Part shown: piece after piece, positions 12,340 through 24,045 of the stretch
Position numbering within the stretch: position 1 is the stretch's first letter
Layout of the letters: every line of letters starts with the position of its first letter
Translations under genes and position numbers: made by a program
Assembly (NCBI GenBank): GCA_029953675.1
Contig: JAMWBK010000003.1
Coordinates: forward strand, 2,108,001 to 2,172,000
Direction: 5' to 3'
DNA from: Rhodosorus marinus CCMP1338
Lineage: Eukaryota; Plantae; Rhodophyta
DNA length: 64,000 nucleotides
The notes under the pieces: model-generated
Databases searched by the model: none
Told to the model about the DNA's origin: nothing
What the model saw: the letters and a program-made list of their open reading frames with translations, nothing else

Positions 12340-13881
12340 ATGGCGTTGAACGAATTAGAGAATGGAGATGGTGAGGAATCTTTGAAAGGATTTTACACCT
12401 GGGGTAGGGCGAAGAATTATCGCCTGGGAAGGGCAACGGACACGAACAATGTTCGACGTCCTGAGCTTGTGGCGGCTTTGGCTGGGATTGATGTGAAACA
12501 GGTAGGGATTGCCTTATTCTTTGTTTCTTTGGTCTACGAAGAGCGGGCTGAATGAGCATTTTCTGGACGGGGCGTGGTTGGTTGTTTTGTGAATTTGGTT
12601 AGGGAGCTTGCGGAGGTGGACATACGTGTGTCGTTCTTTTGGATCACCGGTTGTTTGTATTTGGGTACAGTCAGTATGGACAAGTTGGTCTTGGAGATCG
12701 AGTAGACGTGAATGCTCCTTCGCAAGTGAAGATCATGAAGGACGCGCATGAAGTTCATGATGTGGTTCAGGTCGCTTGCGGGAGATACCACACGATTGCT
12801 CTGACCGCCAGCGGCGACGTCTATACCTGGGGTGGGGGAAAGAACGGACGTCTCGGACACGGGGACGAGAAGATTCGGACTCTACCAGCAAAAGTCGTTG
12901 CTCTCACCTCCCCCGTCAAGTTCATCGCATGTGGATACCACAGCAGCATCGCCATCACAGAGCAGGGCGTCTACTCATGGGGTTGGGGAGCTCACGGACA
13001 ACTCGGACATGGAGATTCCAATGACCGACTCAGTCCACAGAAAATGAAGTCAATCAACGACGTACGTTAAATCTCCACACACCAATCCAACCTTTCAGCT
13101 GAAGATTCCCACCTAGACCTCGTGAGGTCGAGGTTCCATTGAAACGATCTACGGATTGAAAAGGACTGAAGCCTAATCTGATCTACTCTCATCGCCTTCT
13201 TCTGCTTCTTCTTCTTTAAAGAACATTGTCTTCGTCACCTGCGGTGACCGCCACGGCTTCGCGTTAACAGCTGAAGGAGAGGTTTATGGATGGGGATCGA
13301 ACGAATTCGGACAGCTTGGATTTGGTGACCGAGGAGAGATCATTTTGAAACCAGTCAAACTTGAAAATTTATCCGGTCTAATCATTAAGGAGATTTCTTC
13401 TGGTGACCGTCATTCTGCAGCCCTCACTAACACTGGCGTTGTCTACACCTGGGGTTGTGGATCGGACGGGCAATGTGGCCACGGAAGTTATCATCATTCG
13501 CCGCGGCCGAAGGCTCTGCTGTCTATTCCTGAACCTGTTGTCCACGTTGTCTGCGGACATAACTTCTCCATGGCGTTGACGGTGGATCATAACGTTTACG
13601 CTTGGGGCAGCAACATGTACGGACAGCTTGGCTGTTACATGACGGAGTCTTCAGTAGCCAAGCCGACGAAGATCGCGATGAACTCTAGAGTACGTGGATT
13701 GGCCTGTGGGCACTTTCATGGTCTACTGTGGACAGGACCGGATGAGGGTCTCAACAAGAGCGGGAGGGAAAGATCGGAGGAGGAGTTGGACAAGGCTGCA
13801 AGTGGTCTGCTGCAGAAGCTGGAGGAGGATCGAGTCTCAAGGTCGAAGATGATCAATACGTTAGAGAAGCTCTGTACATAA
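12340..13881 (+). CDS. RCC1-repeat (UVR8/RCC1-like beta-propeller) protein, multi-exon
   Basis: Seven repeats with YTWGRAKNYRLG, VFGYSQYGQVG, VACGRYHT..YTWGGGKNGRLGHG, YSWGWGAHGQLGHG, YGWGSNEFGQLG, YTWGCGSDGQCGHG and YAWGSNMYGQLG; short C-terminal helix. Confidence 0.93.
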
Positions 13882-14056
13882 GTGACGCTTTCTGTACATA
13901 CCAGAGCATGATAGGAGGGTTTCTTCAAAAGTTCACGAAGGCGTCGACATGTATATAGGCCAACGCCGGTCGACGTGTGATCGAAGGCTTTTTGCCTCCT
14001 TGACAGTGCGCAGCGAAGACACGCCACGTAGATAATAAAGATTCTGTTTTTTTTGA

Positions 14057-16033
14057 TCAAAGCTCATCCTTTGTAGTTTCATCGGCGGATTCGTCGGATG
14101 CGCTAGTATCGCCAGAGCAGGTCTCCGCATCAGCCTGCGAAGGTTCCGCGTCGGAGGAAGAAGCTGTCGGTTCACCGCTATCGCTTGGACTCGAGTCCGG
14201 TTCGTTTTCGTATCGACCTAGTGAGAGCTCGGCGAGTAAATATCTTGCCTTCACATAGTTCACATCAGGCCATGTCTCCTGGACCTGTGGGGAGGGTGTA
14301 GTATACGATCGACGTTCTCGATGTTAGAGGAAGAGAAGAAGGAACTACATTTTGGAGCAAACTAATTCGTTTGGACAGCCGTACAGCTAGAATCGCCTTC
14401 TCAAAGTCGATGCAGCCTTTAAACGCCGTGATTAGTTCCTCAAAGAGCTCCAAGTCGACGGTTGGGGCCTTCTCAGCCCACTGGAGGACTTCCTCGTCCG
14501 CGTAGTACTCTCCGTAGAGCTCCAGAGTGTTCAGGAACGGTTCCATGAACACGCCCTTGCACGATTCGAAGAACGCTGAGAATCGCGTTGCAAGTTCGGT
14601 CATCGAGCTGTACTTTTCGTTACGCGTCGTCTCGAGCTAGCCGGTAACCAGGTTCGTTACAAATCGTTAGCAGCAGGACTCAGTGAAGTGTGCACTAGGA
14701 GACAGTAACGGCAGCGAGCTTACCTCAATAACAGCTGCTGAGCATGGAAAGAGTTGGCGCATTTCGTCACTGATGTCAGCTCCAACCTACACGTTTTACG
14801 GAACGAGGTACGCGCATTCATCTTCTTCAGAGAAGGGGGGAATTTTTTTGAAAAAGGGAAAGCGTAGTTCTTATCGGCGCCGAACCTTTACGGCAGCTAC
14901 CATGACATTAAACCAAGTGTGTGTGTTGCTCTCCATCAACGGCGTGAGGATGATGTCCTTGGCTTTCGGACAGAGGCAGCACGTGAGCACGGTAATGAGC
15001 GCGTCACGAAACGTCTGTCTGTGGGACTCGACGTGAATAACGAGGTGCATTGAAGGCTTCTCTGTGTGCGTCCCGCTCTGTAAGATGAATCCTCGAGGGA
15101 TGTAGAGGACATCGCCTTCCTTCAATGTGGTCTCCGGCAGTGCCGATCCGTTGAATGGTCCATTCGGAGTGTACTCGAGGTGCGGGTAGGGTTTTTGTAT
15201 CTCTGGAACAGAAAGCTGCACGGTCTGTTCTCCATCAAGTTGAATTACCCATCTGTTTTGCGGAGACAGTCCATAAGTTTCTTTCCGGGCGAAACAAAAT
15301 GTCCGGGCTCACGTAGGCACCGACATACCTGTCGTCTGCAGAAAACTCTGCAAGGGACTCGATACTATGTTCTTCCGTCCATCCTGGAGGGACGAACAGC
15401 AATTGAGACGTCACCGGAAAGGAGAGAAAATCCTGTATATACTGGGTCACGTTGAACACTGTCCTTGATCTCAACTCCATCGCCGCCATTCGCAAGCGGA
15501 ATCCGTCTTTGAAAACGGAATGGACGTTGGCAATGGGGACGGAGCTGTTGTCGGAGACGTGCGGCCACAAGTTTTCGATAGATTTCATCACCCAGGCTTC
15601 ATGCTCGCCTTCCTGTTCCTATTTGTTGAACGTTGGGGGAGTCGTGGGGTGAGCGCTTCCAGCCAGCTTCGAAAGCGCTAAGAACGAGTAGGGACCTTAC
15701 CATTCCAGGCTTCTCGAACATAATATCCTCCTTGTAAACCAGAGGAGAATCTTTATAGACAGATAGATTCCGACTGATGAGCGCGTCTAGATCACGATCG
15801 CCGGGAAGAAACGAGCGATACAGTTTGATCCAACTTGAACGAGCCTCACCGGATCGCTCATCGAGACGGATCAGGAGCGGCTCCTTATCCAAATAATCAG
15901 CAATAAAAGTCTGTTGATCGGTCTTCGGGCCAAGCAGGACTCCTACGTCATCATCGGTGGCTCCAACAAAAGTTCCGGTCAGAAGCAGCAGCGATGTGAA
16001 CATCCAAAAGCTCTGACCTCGAAGAGCGCCCAT
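14057..16033 (-). CDS. JmjC/cupin_4 (ribosomal-oxygenase NO66/MINA/YcfD-like) fold protein with signal peptide and C-terminal KDEL; probably catalytically inactive; multi-exon
   Basis: N-terminus is hydrophobic (FWMFTSLLLLTGTFVGA). QQTFIADYLDKEPLLI matches the ROX N-terminus. The spliced core reads SLAEFSADDRWVIQLDGEQTVQL...TTLKEGDVLYIPRGFILQS...SMHLVIHV. The protein ends TKDEL-TGA at 14057. Confidence 0.8.
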
Positions 16034-17398
16034 GGTTGCTCCTCAAGTTCAACCTGTCTCCAGCAGTCGTTGTCCCTCTTCGCCTCTCCGTCTCTCTCTT
16101 AAAGCGCTCTTTTTTTTCACTTTAGATCTTACCCAACTGAAAACACTTGACCTCTCCCACAGTCTCGAAAGGTCGCTGCCAGTGAGAACACCGGCATTGA
16201 AGTGACCGCCAAGATCGAGGTCTGTAGAGGGAGTGAGACAGACAGGAACCTGCCTCGCTTCAGATGGCGGCTGCTGCTGTGCGTCGATGTAAGCATGCCA
16301 TTTGCGACGACAAACGGTGAGCTCCTACCATATGCTCAGGAACCCATCTTCATCGCACTTGGGATTGAATGTTTGGGCTCTATGGATCACCAAAGGACCT
16401 GGGGGGAAGCTGCTCTTTGGCATTAAAAAAGAAGATCCTCTTGAAGACGATTTCGGACTCTTCTTGGATTACGGTTGTCAGGGTTTGGTCTTCTGACGCA
16501 GATTGTCCGATTCGACTCGGTAACAGTGTTGGAAATGTTGGTGAAGTGAGGATCAACCATCCCTGCACATTGGCGATCCTCCGTCCTCATGGATAAGCTC
16601 AAACGTTGGGGAAAGGCATGATCTGCTTCAACCTGGTTTTCATATGTGTGCTGAGGTACTTCCTGTTCAGCACGTGCAGAGTTCCATTTCACTTTGGGAC
16701 GCTGAATCAGCACAAGGTCCAGGAAATTTGGAGAGCGTGGGCTTCCTTTTTCCTCGTGGGTGGGTGCTCAAGATTATTGTTGACGTCGACAGAGTATTGC
16801 CGGTTTAGCTTGACGAGTGGGTATTCTTCCGAGAGACCTGTTCATCTCCGGCGGGATTTCAGAGAGCCGCCCCCCCAAGCAGAGCTTCATTATTGTATTG
16901 TATCAATATCTAATACTCTCTCTGGAAGGGAGTTTTACCAGCAACTCTTGCAAGCATACGGCGAGATCCGAGAGATTCCTGACCTGCAACTAGCCTAAAG
17001 TTTTGCTTCCATGGAGGATACACTCATGCGGCAACCTACTGCAAACCAACTCGTTCGGACAACGCGCTGTCAGCGCATCCTCGATCATGCCCACGAACGC
17101 GATTCAACTGCCTTTCCATCCAAATCCGAGCTGGGCGAGGACATCACAACTGCCAGCACCCTCCAAAAGTAATGCCCAAGCGCAATCAACGCAATCGAAC
17201 CAGAACGTTTCCACAGCATGCCTAGTACTAACCCAAACAGGTACCACCAAAAACAAGCCCTGATAGCAAAATATACGTAGATGTCTGAATTAAAATTCAT
17301 AATTAGATATTATTAAGACAAAAAAATCAAAATTTAGATTCGATAAATCTATATAATAGCCTTCCTATCTATTTTACTGTACTAAATTTCCGGTCTAT

Positions 17399-17870
17399 CC
17401 AATTAAGTTAATATATTTTAGACATGGGTGCTGTTAATAAGCCAACCAGAATTTAACAACTACTGGTTGTCGGGCCGTTGAAATGGATTTTTCTATATAT
17501 TTCTTTCTAGGAGTGTTTTCAAGAGGAGAAGAAGGGGGGGAGGGAAGGTGGCCGGGAAAAAATTAATTGTCTATGGTGAAAGGGGAGGGGGGAGCGCTGC
17601 CAAGCCCAATATCCAGTAGAAAGCCCTATAAAATTATTAAAAACTAAACTAAAAGGAGATTGGCTCGAGGGAGCTTAACCCCCCCCTCGGATATTTTCTC
17701 CACCTTCCCCCACCGTTCCACCCCCTCCTTCTTCTTATTGGAAACACTCCTAGAAAAGAAAAACAAATATATAGAAAACTCCAGTTCAACGGACTGATAA
17801 CCAGTTAGAGATGGCTGCTATTCAGCCAAGCAGAATAGAACCCATTTCTAAAATATATTAACTTAATTGG
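17399..17870. mobile_element. MITE-like / foldback element with ~150-170-nt imperfect terminal inverted repeats
   Basis: Left arm CCAATTAAGTTAATATATTTTTAGACATGGG...CCGTTGAAATGGATTTTCTATATATTT...CTAGGAGTGTTT...GAAGGTGG (17399-17551). It matches the reverse complement of 17700-17870, which ends ...CCCATTTCTAAAATATATTAACTTAATTGG. No TSD recognised. Confidence 0.75.
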
Positions 17871-18825
17871 ACCTCCACCCTCGGCTCCCCCCTCGCGCGG
17901 CGTTGTCTTCCAAACCGTTCACCTCTTTTTTCCTCCGAGGAATAAGTTAATAGGTTCCTTCTAGTTTTGCTTATTTCATTTTTATCTAACATTTTCCCAT
18001 ACGTAAAGAAACCCTCCCGTATGGACCGTCAACCACCGATCCCGAACAAAACGTAAACATCTCCCTCAACCCCCTGCCCCTCCCCCGTCCTCCCCTCCCA
18101 GGCCCATTCCCGGGCCCCCCCCCTATCGTCCGCCGTTTCTAAAACCTTAAAACAAACAAATATATGCAAAATAAATTCAACGTTTCAATATTCTCTTTGG
18201 CTTCAATAGGAATCCAAAGGGGGTACGAAATGTATCCCATTCTTTACAGTTCTCAGTAGTTGGTAGTCAAAAATTTGCATCTTCTCCCCCCCCCCCTTGC
18301 TCCCCTGAATCCGTCCATAGGAAATCTCTATAATTTCAGCAGATTAATATTATGAATTGTATTAGTTTTAGACGATGTCGGGGATGGCAAGGCGATATTT
18401 GTTTTTTAAATGTAGAGTTTTTGAAGTTTTTTTGATCTAGCTGTGTGTGTGGGCGGAAGCTGTCAAGATAGGGCTGATAGGGGACGCACTATCCGTTCAC
18501 GTTGTGTCGATATATAGAGAGTGAGAACATTAGGGAGTTTCTGGGGAGGACACAACGGATGATAACCGGTGATTGGATGTGGAGGGAGGTTGAAACGAGA
18601 TAAGTGGTGAGACAGAGAGAGAGAGAGAGATAGAGAGAGCAAGTACTTGTTCAGAGTTTGGGGATATGATATATTTAGGTTTGTGAGAGGATCGGCTTCT
18701 CTTGTTTTGTCGTTCAGCGAAAATGGGAGTTTGAAGATCCTTTTCGTTTTTGCAGAACAGTTTTGAAAATTTTGGTTTTGGTTTCTCACTGAACGCGCAG
18801 CTGTGGGCAGGCGGATTGGGAAAGG

Positions 18826-19413
18826 ATGCTGGCTATTTTTCGGAGGAGGCCGGAGGACAGCAGTTTGTTTGAGAGACCTGATGTCGAGCGGGGAGTTGTC
18901 CAGGATTCTCCTTCGGTGAAGAGGCGACGGCGTTTTTTGCGATGGGCTCAGGTGATTCCTCAGGACCAAGAGGACGGCAGGGTTTGGCTGAAAGTTTCGG
19001 TTCGAGGAGATGGCAGATGTATGTTCCGTGCCATTGCCAGGGGCTTGGCGGATTGCAATGGGCTCGAGCTGAGTAATGAGCACGAGACAATGGACGCTGA
19101 TAAGCTGAGAGTGAAAGCCTGTCAGTGCCTAAAGAATGAGAAGAGGGAGTGCTTTGTGCAGAACGGCCTGTTAGAGGAGGGGATCGATGAGTACTGCAAG
19201 AAGATGGTGAACCCCTCTTTCTATGGTGGGGAGCCTGAGCTTTACTTGCTTAGCGAGTACCTGAAGAGACCGATTCATGTCTACATCCCAGGCAAGAAAC
19301 AGGGGGAGTATAAAAGACTGCTGGAGTATGGGGGGACTGAGGTGGAGAAGGACGCTATTAACCTTCTTTTTAACATGAAGGACCACTACGACTTACTCAT
19401 TATTAACTGCTGA
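18826..19413 (+). CDS. OTU-domain deubiquitinase (OTU-like cysteine protease), single exon
   Basis: Catalytic motifs VRGDGRCMFRAIA, FYGGEPELYLLSEYLKRPIHVY and HYDLL. Confidence 0.93.
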   Translation: MLAIFRRRPEDSSLFERPDVERGVVQDSPSVKRRRRFLRWAQVIPQDQEDGRVWLKVSVRGDGRCMFRAIARGLADCNGLELSNEHETMDADKLRVKACQCLKNEKRECFVQNGLLEEGIDEYCKKMVNPSFYGGEPELYLLSEYLKRPIHVYIPGKKQGEYKRLLEYGGTEVEKDAINLLFNMKDHYDLLIINC

Positions 19414-19956
19414 TACGGTTGAAATAGAACCGTACTATAACTTTGACTGGAGACTCGATTACAATAAACAAGAGATTTATGTTTTTGCCGACGAATTCCG
19501 ACACCGTCCCCTTCTTCTTCGACAAACTGACTCGTTTATAATCCACAGCCGACGAAAACACCTTGATGAGCACTGCGCGAAAACGTTCTCAACTCCTTCT
19601 ACAAAAACTAACATACTACAAAGCGGCCTTAGAAAAGGGAGTATGCAAGAGCATCTTCTCAATCGTACCAACTAAAACCGGATTTCCCCCCAATCCCATC
19701 TCCATCTCAGTCTTTGGAACGGAGGTATAAGAAGGGAGGCTTGACACCTCCTTAAACCACTCTCACTCTCCGGTCGCCAAAGTGGGGCGATCGACCGCAC
19801 AATCCGACTTGAAATTAGATCTCCATATCTGTCATCATCTCGGACTCACACTGCTGTCTACAAGACCCCACAGGGTCTCCCCGTTATTAATGCTGTTCAT
19901 AGCGATGGCTAGCGAAAAAATGGAGCAAACTGACCCGGTAAACGTAATATGGGGGC

Positions 19957-20598
19957 CTAGATACTGGATGCGTTCCTTTCTGTACTTTTTAAGCGTCGCT
20001 TCTTCCTCAACAGGAGAGACCTAAAGATCTTAAGTTCCGACTGCAGTTTGTCGGAGACAAAGTTCTTGACGAACTGATTATTGAAGACGGTGCGAAGCCA
20101 TTGAGGAAGCTCAAAACCGAGCCGAATGCTCACTTCACACTCTTCGTTGGATAGAGTCCTGAAGGACACCGACCCACGGTTCTTAAGCCCTTCGACGCTC
20201 TCCCAGCATATCAGCTTCCCCCTGATAAGCTGAGTAATCTTAGCTCTCCACGAGAACTTAAATCCGCTTGACGCGATGCTCCACTTCGATATATGATCAG
20301 GCCCTCCCTCAAGCTCAACTGACTGCAACCACGGAGCCCAGTTCGGCATATCCTCTAGCCTAGTGTACTCCTGAAATACATAATCGGCCGGTGCCTCGAT
20401 CTTCTGTGAAGCGTAAAAATCATACCACGAGCTCATTGCCACACCGGCCCCAGCACCAGCACCACCAGCCCTACCCCTCTTAACCAATCTAAAACGAACT
20501 CCTTGATTCCAAACGAACGACCTCCCCCGGTGTTGCCCTTGCCGACTCTGCCGACAAGGGACACCTCCGCCTCCAACAAACCCAACACCCGCCATCAT
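19957..20598 (-). CDS. Plastid-targeted SRPBCC / polyketide cyclase-like (START-fold) protein
   Basis: Transit-peptide-like N-terminus (GVGFVGGG, Arg/Gly-rich), then IEAPADYVFQEYTRLEDMPNWAPWLQSV...SWRAKITQLIRGKLICWESVEGLKNRGSVSF, as in cyanobacterial/plant Polyketide_cyc proteins. Confidence 0.88.
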   Translation of the reverse strand: MMAGVGFVGGGGVPCRQSRQGQHRGRSFVWNQGVRFRLVKRGRAGGAGAGAGVAMSSWYDFYASQKIEAPADYVFQEYTRLEDMPNWAPWLQSVELEGGPDHISKWSIASSGFKFSWRAKITQLIRGKLICWESVEGLKNRGSVSFRTLSNEECEVSIRLGFELPQWLRTVFNNQFVKNFVSDKLQSELKIFRSLLLRKKRRLKSTERNASSI

Positions 20599-22583
20599 CT
20601 TCCCGCTTACAAATACTTCAGCCTAATGCACCCATCTCTGATCGCCTCAAATGCTGCCCTAAACTGTCCTTCAAAAGCCTCCTTAACGCTCCAATCCTGA
20701 CCAGTTCCTTTCTCCCGCCTCCCCCCCCCCCACCCAACCACAACACAAAATCCTTACAAGTCCTCACTGTCCTCGCGTCATTGCTCTTGAGAAAACGTGC
20801 GACGAAGAAGACGACAACTAATACAAACGATGAAAATCTTGTCGCCCAGAGAACGTAGCAGAAAGACTAGGTTTCTTCGAGGGTGGAATCGGAAAAAAAG
20901 GGAAAAAATAGTAATAGCCCTCCTTGGGCATTGCGAAAGGATCTCAAATCTCCATTGCAGACGGGGTTTCACATCGACCCGCGGAGGTGAGAGCAGGACC
21001 GCGACAAGGTGAATATTACTGGATTTACAAGCTACGAATGCACACACACACAGCCGAGAGGGGCCGCAGGTGGTAACGAAAGCATCTCAGATTCTCTCCA
21101 TTGCACAGGTGACCATCGACCAGCGGCGGTGAGATTGTTCAGCGCAGAAGGGGCCAAGCTTCTCTGCTGGAGCGTAGGACGGGATCGAGGTCTTTCTCAA
21201 TGCTCGAAGGTCGTTGTGCAAATGAATGGACATGACATCGATTGGAATAGGAAACCATAGGCCATCCCACGGGTAGCCAAGATGTGATATCTCGTACAGA
21301 GCTAGGCTTGATCATTGTCAATAGACATTCAGGAGAATATCAGCGTTCTCGTTGTCAGGTCTGATAAAGAATGGCCACAAGGTTGAGGAGCAGGATTCGA
21401 GAGCCGCAGAATGGATTTGAGATCGATTGGAATTTTGGAACCACATGTTATGTCACTCTAGTCAAGCTGGTGACGGTTTCGTACCAAGTGATTCTTGTAT
21501 GATCGCTGCCTTGATCATTGCTAAATGACCTTCAGCGTTAACATTGAGAGATAGAGTTGAGATTGACACCGTCGACTACAGCTTGCTTGAAGAAAGGCAA
21601 ACACCTCACTCTGACATGTTCGTAAAATCCTTTAAGCATACGGAACTTCCTTCGGAAATAGGAGTTAGTTACCTTCAGTAGTTGGAACTTGCTGTCGACC
21701 ATCGGACAAATCTAACTCACTCGTAAGATCAGTGTACGAGAAGATTCCGTTCCGTGGATGGTGGTTGGGCTCTGGACACCTGCAGCTGGTCGAAACCAGA
21801 GCCCAAGATCGAAGCTCTTTGCGAATGCAAGTTTCGTCTGCGTGTTCGAGAAAAGTGTCTTGCTAGTTCAAGAGTTAGTCCGCAATGGTCTGAACGGCTC
21901 AAAGATATTCTCGCCGCACTTTCTTCTCTTTCGGTCAAAGGAATCCAGTCCTCATCCTCGTCGCCGACCGACTTGGGTGCTTAAATAGCTCTTCTGAACG
22001 TGCGTTCTGAACTCTGCATCTGGGAGGGACGTTCGGGGCTTTTTCAGAATAGCAAACCACCAAAAACACATGATTAGCGAGCAAGAACTGAGCTTCTTTC
22101 GGAGCTTGGATGTGCGTCTTTCAGCCAAAGTCATGAATCTTGCAAAACCACTTTCAGATGACTTGAGCGAAAACTGGCTCTGCACGAAGTTTGGGCGCTG
22201 GCGTTCTTTAGCCAGTGTTGAGGGAATTCGTACGAAGCCAGGTGATATTCTTGTGAGCTAGAAGAAACTGCGCTTGAGCCTGTGCTGCTTGCTATGCAGG
22301 ACTTGGAGTTCTCCGTACTGTGTTGACTGGCATGCGTAGGGCACATGGCATTTCGATGATCCTTGAACTGCTGCACTTGAGGATAACAAAATAAGCGTTT
22401 GCTTTTTGCGTTGTGCTGAGCTTTCTTGTATCGTCTTTGGAGGGACACCGGTTGGAGCAAAGTTTCTCATCAGTGGTCTTGGTTTTAGTGGTTATTCTCT
22501 GTTCCATTTCGTCCGGGTACTGCGCTAGGTTTACAAATAGTAGTTTGGTCGAGTTTTAAATTTCCTTTTTGCCTCGTCACACG

Positions 22584-24045
22584 TCAGGTTTGAGTCTTAT
22601 CGTCAACCCTGAGGTCTCTGAACTCCGCCAGAGCTTCTTTGATTTCCTTCATCGAGATATCGTTGGCGAAGGTGTACGAACCCACTCCAGTTATCAGAGG
22701 AACCCTCTGCTTTCCGTGGCGGTGCTCGACAGCGTCTGTCAGGCCCTTCCACATGACGTCCTCAGTGCAGCCGTCGTGGAAAGTAGGAAGCTGCATCGAC
22801 TTCATGGTATTTTTAACTCGGTCCCTCACCTCGCTAGTGATCAGGCCCCTTCCGTGGGATAATACAACACAGAAGAATCCATCCACATTCACCGCCTCCC
22901 CGTGCATGATTGGGGGCTCTGCCACCATCTCCAAGATCTTGCTGAAAGAATGTCCGTAGTCGACGCATCTCTCAAGCTTGTATTCCCAGAGATTCGGACC
23001 GAGCTCCTGTTGAGAACAGAAAAGTTAACCTTCTACTCTCAGTCTCGAGTCACCTAGCCAAGGCACAGCTTGGTGACGCTATAGAATGCGACCCTACCTC
23101 AAGCATCAGCTCAATCGCAAGCTCGATCACCCGGTCTGCAACGAAATCAGAGCCCTGAAAGCGTTCCGCAATAATACGTGCCCCGTGCTCCTCGAGAAGT
23201 GAGAACAGCTCTTCAGATCTAACCAAGGCAAGCTTCATGATTTCGCACAGTCCGTTCCTGATGTTCCTCTCGTCCTGAGTAGCAATGAAGCTCTTATCGA
23301 GGAAGGCCGCGCAGGGCGCATAGAACGAACCCATGCGGTTCTTCAGGGGACCCTTAGACTTTGATTCGTAGTCTACTCCTGTCTTAACTCCAACCGAGGC
23401 GTCCACGATCGCCAGGAGCGTTGTTGGAACTCTGATATAAGGCACTCCCCTCCTGCACAAGAGAAGTCACGTTTAGGAAAGTTGGTTATCAAAGGACGCA
23501 ACCTAATGGGACTCTTCACGCAGGGGAATGCTTTACCTGTAGAGGCTGGCCGTGAAGCCGACGACATCTAGGACGACACCACCGCCGACTGCAACGATGG
23601 GCTCCCTTCTATGAAGACCAAAGTCGCAGAGTTCTTCGAAAATCTTGTCCACAAGAGCGAATCGCTTGTTCTCTTCTTCCCCCGGGATGACCACGATACG
23701 CCACTCAACCTTAAAGTGATCGAAATACTTTCTAATTCTTTCTCCGTACAGTTCATCGACTTTATCATCGACGACGAGGAACCTTCTCCTCGGACAGTTC
23801 TCCGGCATAAACCTAGTCGCCAAGGTATCATTGTCCAGCGAAAACAGGCTCTGGTAGCTCTCCACAGTATATTCAACGGGTAGCTCGTAGTAGTTCGTCC
23901 ATTCCTTTCTGCAACCTTCCTTGAGGCCCACGGTCCTTATGAAAACGTTCCTCGGAGCTCGAGCGCATCTCTCCCCAAGCTTGTCAAAATCAGTCGGATC
24001 AATACCCGCCGCGGCAGGGCTCACAAAATCTTCGCCGCTAACCAT
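22584..24045 (-). CDS. Sedoheptulose-7-phosphate cyclase, 2-epi-5-epi-valiolone synthase (EEVS) type; 3 exons (24045-23537, 23452-23098, 23006-22584)
   Basis: [100 protein letters not shown] and HRHGKQRVPL. Both introns are GT-AG and restore the frame. Confidence 0.9.

Noticed and set aside
16150-17000. Coding-like segment upstream of the JmjC gene
   Set aside because: All frames are interrupted, with no recognisable motif or consistent splice model.
18610-18640. (GA)n microsatellite upstream of the OTU gene
   Set aside because: An ordinary simple repeat.
22584-24045. Annotation as 3-dehydroquinate synthase (AroB) or MAA DDGS
   Set aside because: It lacks the DHQS LN.GHT.GHA motif and the DDGS MLELE.PNLHE / RVIAYGH motifs; the EEVS-type MLEEL.PNLWE / RCVDYGH is present instead.
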